From Chthoniobacterales bacterium (GTDB taxonomy: Bacteria > Verrucomicrobiota > Verrucomicrobiia > Chthoniobacterales > JAFAMB01), in assembly GCA_035483355.1 (NCBI GenBank), contig DATHPZ010000088.1, forward strand, positions 1 to 43,613: DNA of 43,613 nucleotides, written 5' to 3'. Positions 1 through 9,403 of this stretch are shown piece by piece. The position numbers and the translations under genes are program-made. The stretch's first letter is position 1, and the number at the start of each line of letters is the position of its first letter. The notes below the pieces were generated by a model, which had not been told where the DNA came from, did not search any database, and saw only the letters and a list, made by a program, of their open reading frames with translations.

Positions 1-321
1 AGGTGCTTCGTTTGCTGGCAAAGATGCGACGAAACTAAGTTCGCGGAGATGGGTCTCCAAGGGGCTCCCACCCCAACGGGTCTGGCCCGGTTATGCGTCG
101 TTAGTGGGCCGGACGATGCGATTGAGCAGTGCGTTCATAAAGCCAGGGCCGGTCGAAAGACCCTGGCTTCCAAGCGTGCGTAGAGTCTTGCCAGCTTTCC
201 TACCTCTTAGAAGGGTCCTATGTTGCTCCGCAGTCCTGTAAGAGCCCAATGAAGGCAGTCAGGAGCACCCCAGGGCTAGCTAAGCTTAGAGCGCACGCCG
301 TGGGGACAGGACACCAATCGA

Positions 322-921
322 TCACGACGGGGTCGAGGACTGGAGGCTCCCTTTCGCGCGACGTTCGCAGGTCCCCTTCTCGTGAAGATCGAGGCAGTTT
401 GCCTCGATGCGGACGTTCAGTTTCAGGGGTTTGAACCCCAGGCTGTTTGCCAGGAACCGTTCGCGCAGCATAATACATTCATCCTGCACCTGGATCACCT
501 GCGCGCAATCGGCACAGATAATGTGAAAAGCGGCCGGCGACTGCTCCCGGTTCACCTCGTAATATCGATGTTCCCGGTTGAGTTCAACCTCGCGAATCAA
601 ATGACTGTCGAGTAACATCGGCAGCGTGCGATAGATCGTCGCCAATGAAATCTCGGGATCCAATTGACGCGCCCTGGTCAAAAGATCCTCGGCATGAAAG
701 GGCTCCGCAAATGCGATAGCGGCGCGGACGATCACTTCGCGCGGCTTAGTCAGCCGAAACCCACCTTCTTTGAGATAATTTAACGCCTCCTCGAAGAGAA
801 CATCAGGCTGCTTTTTTGGGCGCTCTCTCAAATGCAAGTGTCCTCTGGTCTGCTGTTTCCGGATCGGAAAACTTCCGGGCGAAATCTTGTGGAGGATACA
901 TTCTGTGCGCTCAAAACTCAT
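322..921 (-). CDS. Fur family transcriptional regulator (metal-responsive repressor)
   Basis: The ORF translation has the Fur-type winged helix (LTKPREVIVRAAI...SLATIYRTLPML), an HxxCxxC motif (HIICADC) and a second Cys pair near the C-terminus. The roughly 50-aa N-terminal extension suggests the true start may be an internal TTG. Confidence 0.8.
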   Translation of the reverse strand: MSFERTECILHKISPGSFPIRKQQTRGHLHLRERPKKQPDVLFEEALNYLKEGGFRLTKPREVIVRAAIAFAEPFHAEDLLTRARQLDPEISLATIYRTLPMLLDSHLIREVELNREHRYYEVNREQSPAAFHIICADCAQVIQVQDECIMLRERFLANSLGFKPLKLNVRIEANCLDLHEKGTCERRAKGSLQSSTPS

Positions 922-1079
922 GCAAAACCTGATGATAATAAGCCGCCTGCGCCTCGGCGTCTAGGGGAACACGTATCGGCCTGTCGTGTAAGGGAGCATC
1001 GGCCTTCACCCACCAGACGGTTTTCAGATCGGCACCAGAAGAAGCAGAGCGGATGGGCACGAAGGCCGACAAGCGTTCC

Positions 1080-2189
1080 CTACCTGCGTGCCAGCCGGAA
1101 AAACAGTGTTCCGCCGAGCATCAGATAGACAAAGTTCGGCAACCAGATCAGATATTCCGGATGCAGGTTGGGCTTATGCTTCACGTTGTCCGTTATCACG
1201 ATGATAATAAAATAAGAGAAGGCGACGATTAGACTCAGAGCGATACCGACCGAGGTTTCTTTTCGCTGGGCGGTAATCGCCAGCGGGATCCCGACCAGGA
1301 CAAAAGTAAAAACCGCCATCGCGTTGGAAAAGCGCTTGCTCACCTCAGTTTTGAAGGCTGCGTCATCCTCTTTATCATTGCTCTGCTTGAGGGCATGTTG
1401 CAGCTGATCCAGAGTGAGTTCGGTGGTGCGCTGATTGTTTCGGGCCTTACGAAGCAATTCTTCCAAAGAAATTGGCATCACGCCCTCGCGCATGGTGATT
1501 CCGTGTCGCATTTTCTTAAGGTCATCGGGAGCATTCTTATCCCGCTCTTCATACCGGGCGTCATAGACGTGTAACAAAATCTGCTCGTTCTTTTTGTCGA
1601 CCTCGAGGGTGCCTCGGCGGGCGTTGATCACGCGCATCGGCAAATTCTGGGGATTCATCTCGAAGATATAAAGATCGTGCAGATTTGATCCTTCCTTTTT
1701 TCCGACATAGATCTTTCGATTCGGGAACTGGTCGATCACTTCGTCACTGCCAAACAAGGCGAGCGGATCATTCGATGCGAGGTCGAACACTGCCGACCGC
1801 AGCTTAACTTCTGCAATCGGCGCGGCATAGAGGTTGATCCAGAGACAGATGCCCAGGAACACGATTGCGATTACAAAGACGGGGTAGCAGATACGCGTCA
1901 TGCCGACGCCATTGGCCCGAAGTGCCACCAGTTCGTTATCGGAGGAGAGCTTTCCGAATACGAGGAGTACCGCTACGAGCACCCCCCAAGGAATCGAGTA
2001 GGTCAATGAAAACGGCAGCAGATAACCGATGAATGTCAGAATGTAGGTGACCGGAACCTGATGACTGAGCAACAAGCTGAGCAAATCGCGCAAGACATTG
2101 CCCAGCACAAGAATCACGGTAAGCAGGCTGACGGCCCAAATCACGGCGGTCAGAATCTGTCCGCTCAAATAACGATCGATGATCTTCAT
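1080..2189 (-). CDS. LptF/LptG family LPS export permease (YjgP/YjgQ)
   Basis: 369 aa. The N-terminus MKIIDRYLSGQIL is typical of LptF/LptG. Architecture is three TM segments, a large periplasmic domain, then three TM segments. Confidence 0.8.
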   Translation of the reverse strand: MKIIDRYLSGQILTAVIWAVSLLTVILVLGNVLRDLLSLLLSHQVPVTYILTFIGYLLPFSLTYSIPWGVLVAVLLVFGKLSSDNELVALRANGVGMTRICYPVFVIAIVFLGICLWINLYAAPIAEVKLRSAVFDLASNDPLALFGSDEVIDQFPNRKIYVGKKEGSNLHDLYIFEMNPQNLPMRVINARRGTLEVDKKNEQILLHVYDARYEERDKNAPDDLKKMRHGITMREGVMPISLEELLRKARNNQRTTELTLDQLQHALKQSNDKEDDAAFKTEVSKRFSNAMAVFTFVLVGIPLAITAQRKETSVGIALSLIVAFSYFIIIVITDNVKHKPNLHPEYLIWLPNFVYLMLGGTLFFRLARR

Positions 2190-2230
2190 CCTACCGGGTT
2201 CCGTCCGGTTGGAGGTCGGGAGTTTTGCTT

Positions 2231-2505
2231 AGTGTCCTGTCGCCGAAATAACATGCCTTTTGCCGTAGGTCAGTTGGCTGTTTTTCAAGGCGCGAGCGAT
2301 GCGCCCATATCTGAGTCATACGGGTCGAGCGAGCAACGCGTAAAAACGGCCAACCGGCCACGGCCCAGTGGGTTGCGATGAAAATGGGCCGGCGGCTGCG
2401 TTGCTCGTCGGTCACGTATCGATTCAGATATGCTCCCTTCTCGCGCCTTGCCGGCGGCCCATTTTGATCGCAACAAAAGGCATGTTATTTCGGCGACAGA
2501 ACACT
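2231..2505. repeat. Structured palindromic intergenic element, copy A (long hairpin; possibly an ncRNA or a MITE/ERIC-like element)
   Basis: The 31-nt terminal arms 2231-2261 and 2475-2505 are complementary at 30/31 positions. Inner helices are 2286-2296/2440-2450, 2306-2314/2424-2432 and 2330-2339/2398-2407. It is collinear with copy B at 13886-14154. Confidence 0.75.
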
Positions 2506-2507
2506 AG

Positions 2508-5390
2508 TCAACTTGCGGGCTCCATCCCGTGAGACAACTCTTCTGCCTCCACGGGGACGCAGCTGCAGAAAAGGTTTCTGTCGCCATAGACATTGTCTAT
2601 TCGGCCGACGACAGGCCAGAATTTGTGTTCTCGCGTCCATGGCGCCGGGTAAGCTGCAGATTCCCGCGAATAGCTTCGATCCCAGCTGTCAGCTAGAAGA
2701 TCTTGCGCCGTATGGGGCGACCGTTTGAGGACGTTATCTTCGCGGTCGGCTTCTCCGGTTTCGATGGCTCGAATTTCACCGTAGATCGAAATCATGGCAT
2801 CACAGAAACGATCTAGTTCAGCCTTCGATTCGCTCTCGGTCGGTTCAATCATCATTGTTCCAGGAACCGGCCAGGACATGGTCGGCGCATGGAACCCGTA
2901 GTCCATGAGACGCTTGGCAACATCTTCGACCTCAATTCCGGCAGACTTTTTGAACTGCCGAAGATCGATGATGCACTCGTGGGCAACACACCCGTTTTTT
3001 CCTTTGTATAAAATGGGGAAAAATGGCGCTAACCGGCTGGCAACATAGTTCGCGTTCGCGATCGCTACTTTGGTCGCGTGCCGCAATCCTTCCGGACCCA
3101 TGAGGCGAAGATAAATCCAGGAGATGCCCAGGATACTGGCGCTACCATAGGGAGCTGCGGCAATTGGGCCGATGCCTGATTTCCGGCCGAAGTCCACGAA
3201 AGGATGGCCCGGCAAATAGGGAGCCAGGTGAGCTTTCACTCCGATCGGGCCAACTCCCGGGCCTCCACCGCCGTGCGGTATGCAAAATGTCTTGTGCAAA
3301 TTCAGATGACACACGTCCGCTCCGAAGTCGGCTGGACGGCAGAGCCCCACCAGAGCGTTCATATTCGCGCCATCCATATAAACCTGCCCGCCGTGCTGAT
3401 GGACGATTTCACAAATCTCCGTGATTCCCTCTTCAAATACGCCGTGGGTTGAAGGATAGGTCACCATCAAGGCGCCGAGTCTTTCCGAATGCTGCTCCGC
3501 TCTTTTCCTGAGATCACCGAGATCGATATTCCCCTGGGCGTCACATTGCACCGGGACCACCTGGAATCCAGCCATTGCGGCCGAGGCGGGATTGGTCCCG
3601 TGAGCCGAAGTTGGAATCAAGCACACGTTTCTCTGAGTTTGTCTCCGTTCACGATGATATTCCCGAATTACCAACAGACCTGCGTATTCGCCCTGCGACC
3701 CGGCATTGGGTTGGACAGTCACCTCAGCGAACCCCGTAATGGCAGCCAGCCAACTCTCCAGCTCAAGGATCAGCTGTCGATACCCGGCCGTTTGAGCGGC
3801 AGGCGCAAACGGATGGATCTGGCCGAGTTCCGCCCAGGTGACGGGGAGCATCTCCGCCGCGGCATTCAGTTTCATCGTGCAGGATCCCAGCGGGATCATG
3901 GAAGTCGTCAGTGACAGATCCCTGGACTCGAGCCGATGGAGATAACGCATCAGCCCGGTCTCAGTGTGATGACTATTGAAAACAGGGTGCGTCAGATAAG
4001 GAGACCTGCGAACAAACTCTTGAGGGATATCGCCAACTTCCGCCTCGGAAAGATCCGGAACGAAGTCCGACTTATCATCGGCAAAAAGATTCACCAGAGT
4101 CTGAAGATCCTCTTCGGAAACCGTTTCATCGAGACTGATCCCGATGGAGTCATCATCGAAAATCCGGAAATTGATCAAGGATGCCGCCGCCTTGGTGAGG
4201 ATCGCGTTCCTCCGCTGACCGAGCTTCACCCGGAGGGTATCAAAACGCGGATCGCCTCCGACTTCCAAACCAAGTTTTTCCAAACTGAAGGCCAGCCTTC
4301 CCATCTGCCGTTGGATCCGTTCCGCGATCTGTCTCAAGCGATTTGGGCCATGATAAACGGCGTAAGTCGCAGCAATAACGGCTAATAAAACCTGAGCGGT
4401 ACAGATATTACTCGTCGCTTTATCGCGTCGGATATGTTGCTCACGGGTCTGCAACGCGAGCCGGTAACCGGGACGTCCAGCCGGATCTTTTGAAACCCCG
4501 ACCAACCGCCCCGGCATAAGCCGTTTGAATTGGTCACGCGTGGAAAAGAATGCGGCATGCGGACCGCCGTAACCGAGCGGAACGCCGAATCGCTGCGTCG
4601 TTCCGACACAGATATCTGCCCCAAACTCACCCGGAGGAACAAGGAGCGTCAGGCTCAGAAGATCTGCGGCGACAACAGCGAGCGCCTGACCTTCATGAAG
4701 CCGCTGGATAAAGGTCGTGTAGTTGTAGATGGGTCCGTCGGTCGCAGGATACTGGAGCAACGCTCCAAAAAGTGGTTTCTTGAAATCCCAAGTGCGGTGA
4801 TCTCCAACGATCACTTCGATGCCCAGCGGCTTGGCCCTGGTTTCAACAACGGCGACGGTCTGTGGATGACAGGTTTGCGAAAGAAAAAACGTTCGGACTG
4901 AAGTCTGCTTCCGCAGTGCGAAACACATCGCCATCCCTTCGGCTGCGGCGGTGGATTCATCCAATAACGAGGCATTGGCGATCTCCAACCCTGTCAGATC
5001 GGTCACCATGGTCTGGAAATTCAGTAGAGCCTCGAGGCGTCCTTGTGCGATTTCCGGCTGATAGGGTGTGTATGCCGTGTACCAACCTGGTTTCTCCAGA
5101 ATATTCCGTTGGATCACAGGCGGAGTCACGCAAGCATGATAGCCAAGGCCGATATAGGATTTTGCCACCCGATTTTTGAGAGCAATTTCTCGGAATGTTC
5201 GCAGGACTTCGAACTCGCTATCAGGCTCGGGTAGATTCAGTTCATCATCAGAGCGAATCGCTTCCGGAACCGTGGCGTCGATCAGAGAGTCAAGGGAATG
5301 GTGGCCAACTTGTTGCAGCATCTCCTGCAATTCTTCCTCGCTGGGACCAACGTGCCTCTCAACGAACGACGGAAAGCCCATGTTTGCCAT
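2508..5390 (-). CDS. gcvP: Glycine dehydrogenase (decarboxylating), single-chain P protein of the glycine cleavage system
   Basis: About 960 aa with typical GcvP sequence throughout ([33 protein letters not shown]). I placed the start at ATG 5390 ([13 protein letters not shown]) rather than at the ORF maximum of 5510. Confidence 0.9.
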   Translation of the reverse strand: MANMGFPSFVERHVGPSEEELQEMLQQVGHHSLDSLIDATVPEAIRSDDELNLPEPDSEFEVLRTFREIALKNRVAKSYIGLGYHACVTPPVIQRNILEKPGWYTAYTPYQPEIAQGRLEALLNFQTMVTDLTGLEIANASLLDESTAAAEGMAMCFALRKQTSVRTFFLSQTCHPQTVAVVETRAKPLGIEVIVGDHRTWDFKKPLFGALLQYPATDGPIYNYTTFIQRLHEGQALAVVAADLLSLTLLVPPGEFGADICVGTTQRFGVPLGYGGPHAAFFSTRDQFKRLMPGRLVGVSKDPAGRPGYRLALQTREQHIRRDKATSNICTAQVLLAVIAATYAVYHGPNRLRQIAERIQRQMGRLAFSLEKLGLEVGGDPRFDTLRVKLGQRRNAILTKAAASLINFRIFDDDSIGISLDETVSEEDLQTLVNLFADDKSDFVPDLSEAEVGDIPQEFVRRSPYLTHPVFNSHHTETGLMRYLHRLESRDLSLTTSMIPLGSCTMKLNAAAEMLPVTWAELGQIHPFAPAAQTAGYRQLILELESWLAAITGFAEVTVQPNAGSQGEYAGLLVIREYHRERRQTQRNVCLIPTSAHGTNPASAAMAGFQVVPVQCDAQGNIDLGDLRKRAEQHSERLGALMVTYPSTHGVFEEGITEICEIVHQHGGQVYMDGANMNALVGLCRPADFGADVCHLNLHKTFCIPHGGGGPGVGPIGVKAHLAPYLPGHPFVDFGRKSGIGPIAAAPYGSASILGISWIYLRLMGPEGLRHATKVAIANANYVASRLAPFFPILYKGKNGCVAHECIIDLRQFKKSAGIEVEDVAKRLMDYGFHAPTMSWPVPGTMMIEPTESESKAELDRFCDAMISIYGEIRAIETGEADREDNVLKRSPHTAQDLLADSWDRSYSRESAAYPAPWTREHKFWPVVGRIDNVYGDRNLFCSCVPVEAEELSHGMEPAS

Positions 5391-5562
5391 TTTCCTGGAA
5401 AGCTTCCTACTCAGCATCGCGGAACATGGAGCAGAGGAGCGAGGATTACAAGTTGCCGGCGGGCGGAATGAGGATGAGAGGGGCACGAACGCGTTACCGC
5501 CCTGATTCATTCAATCCGCTCCTAACGGTTGCCCAGCGTTGGTTCCTACATATCGTGACGAG

Positions 5563-6666
5563 ATGGTGAGTGACTCAACGAATCTGCCTGTTAAACAAAC
5601 GCCTCTCTACGCGGAACATCTGAAGCTGGGCGCAAAGATGATTGGTTTCGGCGGTTGGAACATGCCGGTCTTCTATTCGAGCATTCTAGAGGAACACCAG
5701 GCAGTTCGTCAGCGCGTCGGGATCTTCGACATTTCGCATATGGGCCAGATCAGGGTATCGGGACCTTCTGCCGAACAATGGTTAAACACCATGCTCACCA
5801 ACAACCTGAAGCGACTCGAAATGCGCGACGGACAATATACGCTGCTGTTGAATGAGCAGGGCGGCGTGATCGATGATCTCATCGTTTACTGTCGCGGCAG
5901 CAACGACTATTTCCTCGTCGTAAACGCCGCGAAGATCGAAGAAGACTTTGCCTGGATGCAGTCGCGGCTCAAAGGCGGAGTTGCGGTCTCCGACCTCAGT
6001 GACCACTTTGCTGGTCTTGCGGTACAGGGCCCTGGATCGGCTGAATTGCTCGAACGATTCGGGGAATTGCCGAAGCGGAATCAAATCAGGGAAACCCGAA
6101 TCCAAGGTATCCCCGTTTTGCTGGCGCGAACCGGTTACACGGGAGAGGATGGATTTGAGCTTTTCTATCCCGCCGCAGCTGCCGGGGTGGTCTGGAATCA
6201 TCTGCTGGAAGTCGGCACCCCGCTTGGAGTGAAGCCATGCGGACTGGGCGCGCGAGACACATTGCGAATGGAAGTATGTTACCCTTTGAACGGAGCGGAC
6301 CTATCGCCCACGCGAACCCCACTCGAAGCGGGTCTCGGTTTTTTTGTCGACCTTGAAAAGCCGGAATTTGTGGGACGGGATCCCTTGCTCGTACAAAAAG
6401 AAACGGGCTTGAGGCAGCGCCTCGTGGCGCTCAAATCGGATGGAAAATCTCCTCCCCCACGAGCTCACTATAGCGTTTTCGTCGGCGATGCAAGGGTTGG
6501 CGAACTGACGAGCGGCACGCAATCTCCCAGCCTGGGGATCGGAATCGGTCTGGGTTATGTCGACGTTCCGTTTTCGAAACCGGGCCAAAAAGTTGAAATA
6601 GATGTTCGCGGGCGAAGATTTGCCGCGACTGTCGAAAAAAAACCGCTATACAAAAAACGATGCTAG
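5563..6666 (+). CDS. gcvT: Aminomethyltransferase, glycine cleavage system T protein
   Basis: Typical GcvT motifs (KQTPLY..H..LGAKM..FGGW.MP..Y, GIFDISHMG, ARTGYTGEDGFE). ATG 5563 is preferred over the TTG at 5539. Confidence 0.9.
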   Translation: MVSDSTNLPVKQTPLYAEHLKLGAKMIGFGGWNMPVFYSSILEEHQAVRQRVGIFDISHMGQIRVSGPSAEQWLNTMLTNNLKRLEMRDGQYTLLLNEQGGVIDDLIVYCRGSNDYFLVVNAAKIEEDFAWMQSRLKGGVAVSDLSDHFAGLAVQGPGSAELLERFGELPKRNQIRETRIQGIPVLLARTGYTGEDGFELFYPAAAAGVVWNHLLEVGTPLGVKPCGLGARDTLRMEVCYPLNGADLSPTRTPLEAGLGFFVDLEKPEFVGRDPLLVQKETGLRQRLVALKSDGKSPPPRAHYSVFVGDARVGELTSGTQSPSLGIGIGLGYVDVPFSKPGQKVEIDVRGRRFAATVEKKPLYKKRC

Positions 6667-7040
6667 TCCCCGATGATCTCAGATACGCCGAGACCCACGA
6701 ATGGATCCGATCGGAAGGTTCGATTGGTACAGTAGGCATTACGGATCACGCTCAAGCGGAGTTGACCGACATTGTGTACGTGGAGTTGCCTCAGGTTGGC
6801 GCCATATTGGAATCGCGAAAAGCTGCGGCTGTCGTCGAGTCCGTCAAAGCGGCGAGCGACATTTACTCGCCGGTGAGCGGTGAAGTCGTAGAAACCAATC
6901 CCGAACTCGAGAGCAATCCGGCCCTGGTGAACACCGATCCGTACAATGCAGGGTGGCTTTTTAAGCTGAAGCTTTCACATCCGGAAGAGATCTCCTCGCT
7001 AAAAAGCGCAGCCGAGTACAGGACCCAGATCGGGACGTGA
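6660..7040 (+). CDS. gcvH: Glycine cleavage system H protein (lipoyl carrier)
   Basis: 126 aa with the lipoyl-lysine motif ESVKAASD and the N-terminal RYAETHEW. It overlaps the gcvT end by 7 nt. Confidence 0.9.
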   Translation: MLVPDDLRYAETHEWIRSEGSIGTVGITDHAQAELTDIVYVELPQVGAILESRKAAAVVESVKAASDIYSPVSGEVVETNPELESNPALVNTDPYNAGWLFKLKLSHPEEISSLKSAAEYRTQIGT

Positions 7041-7175
7041 GGGATCCCTATCCGCCGGCGGGGTTTTGCGTGTCTCTGGCACAAGAGCGAGAATCGCGCG
7101 GGAGCGGTTTCACTGTCGGGGCGAAAGCGATCGCCGAAGTTGACGCGCTGCCCGCACCGAAGGAGTAAGTGTCCT

Positions 7176-7973
7176 ATGTCTTGGATCAACTGGCTGGAAG
7201 CGCGCATCGGGTTTTTGGGCGTCCCGCGCCTCATGCAGTTGATCGCCGTGCTGAACGGCCTGGTTTATCTTCTGAATTTCTTCAAGCCAAGCTTCGTCCT
7301 GGCTCTGCTTCTGATCCCCGAAAGAATTCTCCACGGCGAAGTTTGGCGGCTGGTTTCGTACATCTTCGTACCGCAAGTCCTGATGAGCGGTGGCAACCCA
7401 GCGTCCCATCCGTTCTCTGTGGTCTTTCTATTTGTCTACCTTTGGTTTCTGGTCTGGATGGGTGATGCCCTTGAGCATGCGTGGGGCGCTTTCCGCGTGA
7501 CGCTTTTCTATTTCCTCGGGATGGTTGGTGTCACCGTGGCAGCCTTTTTCTTTGGGGGCGGCGGCGTTTCTGCGTTTCTCTTGAATTCTTCTCTTTTCTT
7601 TGCTTTCGCCACTCTTTATCCGGACGTGCAGATCTACGTCTTTTTTATCCTGCCGCTGAAGCTTAAATGGCTTGCCTTTGTCAGCTTGGCACTGTTGCTC
7701 ATCCCTTTGTTCGGGGGTTCCCTGAGCACAAAATTGGCGATCCTGGTCTCGTTCCTTAACTATTTCGTTTTCTTCGGGCCCACGGCCTATGCGAAATTGC
7801 GGGACCGGACTGCAACGGATATTCGCAAGCGCAAGTTCGAGAGCAAAGCGTCCCCGGAAGACACTCTTCACCGATGCGCCGTCTGCAAGCGAACCGAAAA
7901 AGATAGTCCTGAGCTGGAATTCCGCGTTTCCCGCAACGGCGAGGAATATTGTCTTGATCACCTGCCAAAGTAG
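7176..7973 (+). CDS. Polytopic membrane protein, rhomboid-like, with a C-terminal CxxC...CxxH zinc-ribbon-like tail
   Basis: AAGGAG lies 10 nt upstream of ATG 7176. The protein has 5-6 hydrophobic segments, a WR motif (EVWRLVSY) and a GDALEHAWG motif. The C-terminus reads HRCAVCKRT...EEYCLDH. Canonical rhomboid catalytic residues are not evident by eye. Confidence 0.5.
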   Translation: MSWINWLEARIGFLGVPRLMQLIAVLNGLVYLLNFFKPSFVLALLLIPERILHGEVWRLVSYIFVPQVLMSGGNPASHPFSVVFLFVYLWFLVWMGDALEHAWGAFRVTLFYFLGMVGVTVAAFFFGGGGVSAFLLNSSLFFAFATLYPDVQIYVFFILPLKLKWLAFVSLALLLIPLFGGSLSTKLAILVSFLNYFVFFGPTAYAKLRDRTATDIRKRKFESKASPEDTLHRCAVCKRTEKDSPELEFRVSRNGEEYCLDHLPK

Positions 7974-8039
7974 AGAGGTCAGGAGTTGCAGGAATTCTTG
8001 ATGCTGGAAACCGTTCGCTTCAAAAACGCAGCGGAATAT

Positions 8040-9077
8040 TCAGGACGCAAAAAAGCGTTGAAATTCTCGGAGCTTTTCCAAAGCCCGGCCTGAATCCAGG
8101 ATTTCATTTGCCAACTGAATGCCGGACTCCATCCGAGGGACTGTGCCGGTTACCACGAGACCCGCCGCGGCATTGATCGTGACCAAATCCCGCTTTGCGC
8201 TGCGGTCTCGATTCGCGAGGATATCCGTCAGAGCTTGGGCATTCTGTGCCGCATCGCCTCCCCGCAATTCGTGCAGCAATGGTTTCCGGAATCCGAGTTG
8301 ATCCGGGAACAAATAAAATTGATTCAAGGAATCCCCTTTCACCTCATGAACCTCGGTTTCCCCGAGCAACGAAATCTCATCCATGCCAGACCCTCCCAGT
8401 ACCTGACCGTGAACAACCCATGCACGGCTTCTGCCAACCTCGCGAAGTGCGACGGCATATTTCTCCAAGATTGTCGGAGAAAATACCCCCGTTAACTGGC
8501 AAGTTGGTCCAGCGGGATTCAAAAGTGGGCCCAGCAGATTGAACACGGTGGCAATTCCCTGCTCTGCGAGTTTTCTCCGGATGGGAGCAACCAGTCGAAA
8601 GGCCGGATGATAGAGCGGAGCGAAGAAAAATCCGATACCGGTCTGGTGAATGCAATCGGTCATCTGCTCCGGCGGGCAGGCAATCGGGATCCCAAGATTT
8701 TCGAGCACATCAGCGGCGCCTGCCTTGGAAGTGATCGCCTTATTCCCATGCTTCAGCACCACCACACCGGCCGCGGCGAGCAGAAAGATACAGGTCGTCG
8801 AGACATTGATCAGTTCAAGACGGTCGCCGCCAGTCCCAACAATATCGACGGACGGTTGGTCTCCCAATCGAAGGACAGGCCGGATCGCGAGTTCCAGAAA
8901 GGATCGGGCGAAATACCCAAGTTCCTCGCCGGACTCTCCCTTTATTTTTAAAGCCACGAGGAAATCGCCTTTTTCGAGCTCGGAAACGTCGGGATCAGCA
9001 AGCTGCCTGGATGCTTCGCGCGCTTGATCCATCCGGAGATCAACTTTGTCTCGCAATTGTTCGATTAAATCTTTCAA
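8040..9077 (-). CDS. trpD: Anthranilate phosphoribosyltransferase
   Basis: 345 aa with the signature VDIVGTGGD and KHGNKAITSKAGAADVLE. Confidence 0.9.
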   Translation of the reverse strand: MKDLIEQLRDKVDLRMDQAREASRQLADPDVSELEKGDFLVALKIKGESGEELGYFARSFLELAIRPVLRLGDQPSVDIVGTGGDRLELINVSTTCIFLLAAAGVVVLKHGNKAITSKAGAADVLENLGIPIACPPEQMTDCIHQTGIGFFFAPLYHPAFRLVAPIRRKLAEQGIATVFNLLGPLLNPAGPTCQLTGVFSPTILEKYAVALREVGRSRAWVVHGQVLGGSGMDEISLLGETEVHEVKGDSLNQFYLFPDQLGFRKPLLHELRGGDAAQNAQALTDILANRDRSAKRDLVTINAAAGLVVTGTVPRMESGIQLANEILDSGRALEKLREFQRFFAS

Positions 9078-9403
9078 GGAAGGGCCTCGCTGAGACTGAC
9101 AACTCTCTTACCCGGGCCCCGCTTTGAGACTCATGCCGATCGTATGACCAAGATTCAGAGTCGCGTGTAAGAACGATACGGCAATTAGCCAGAGCACGAC
9201 CGTGAGACCAACCGCTTTCCCGGAAGACATACGAGTCGACCAAGATGGGCCTCGGGTTGCCGTTATGTCTAGAGAAATTCGTTCGGCGTTCGGCGTTAAC
9301 CGTTTGGCGTTGGGGTTCACCGTTTGTTCGGCGGCTTCGGGGCGGCCCGGGCATCGGTTGCGTTGGCGCATTGCGAGCGAAAGAGTTCGTTGTAGGGTAC
9401 GGG

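Noticed and set aside
1-183. Frame +1 is open from the window edge to TAG 181-183. It translates as RCFVCWQRCDETKFAEMGLQGAPTPTGLARLCVVSGPDDAIEQCVHKARAGRKTLASKRA and could be the 3' end of a Cys-rich CDS.
   Set aside because: Only 60 codons are visible, I recognise no family, and there is no start in the window. The composition is compatible with coding but not diagnostic, so I did not list it as a feature.
184-345. Region that looked like a structured RNA gene. I considered tmRNA, RNase P RNA and SRP RNA because of GGGAGCC...UCGAC, AGAGCGCAC and CCCGGUUAU-like fragments.
   Set aside because: The near-invariant cores are absent or out of order. These include GGAAAGUCCGGGC and ACAGAACCCGGCUUA for RNase P, the T-arm/ACCA end and a sensible tag ORF for tmRNA, and the GGAA-loop domain IV for SRP RNA.
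2508-5510. Full 1000-aa gcvP ORF, and the full-length ORF extensions of gcvT (5539), the SDR (9245), yajQ (13128), the GxxExxY gene (21001), the parA-like gene (16606) and the receptor (28671).
   Set aside because: The N-terminal extensions are low-complexity or Arg/Pro-rich, overlap neighbouring genes or repeats, and precede internal ATGs that give family-typical N-termini. I used the shorter starts, with stated uncertainty.
5391-5562. Possible glycine riboswitch in the divergent gcvP/gcvT intergenic region. Two GGCAAC-containing segments on the minus strand and GGA-rich stretches suggested it.
   Set aside because: I could not find the conserved cores (CUCUGGAGAG, ACCGAAGGGGCAA, CUCAGGCAAAAGGAC) in proper order on either strand, and the resemblance is limited to short fragments. 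A cmsearch with RF00504 would be decisive.
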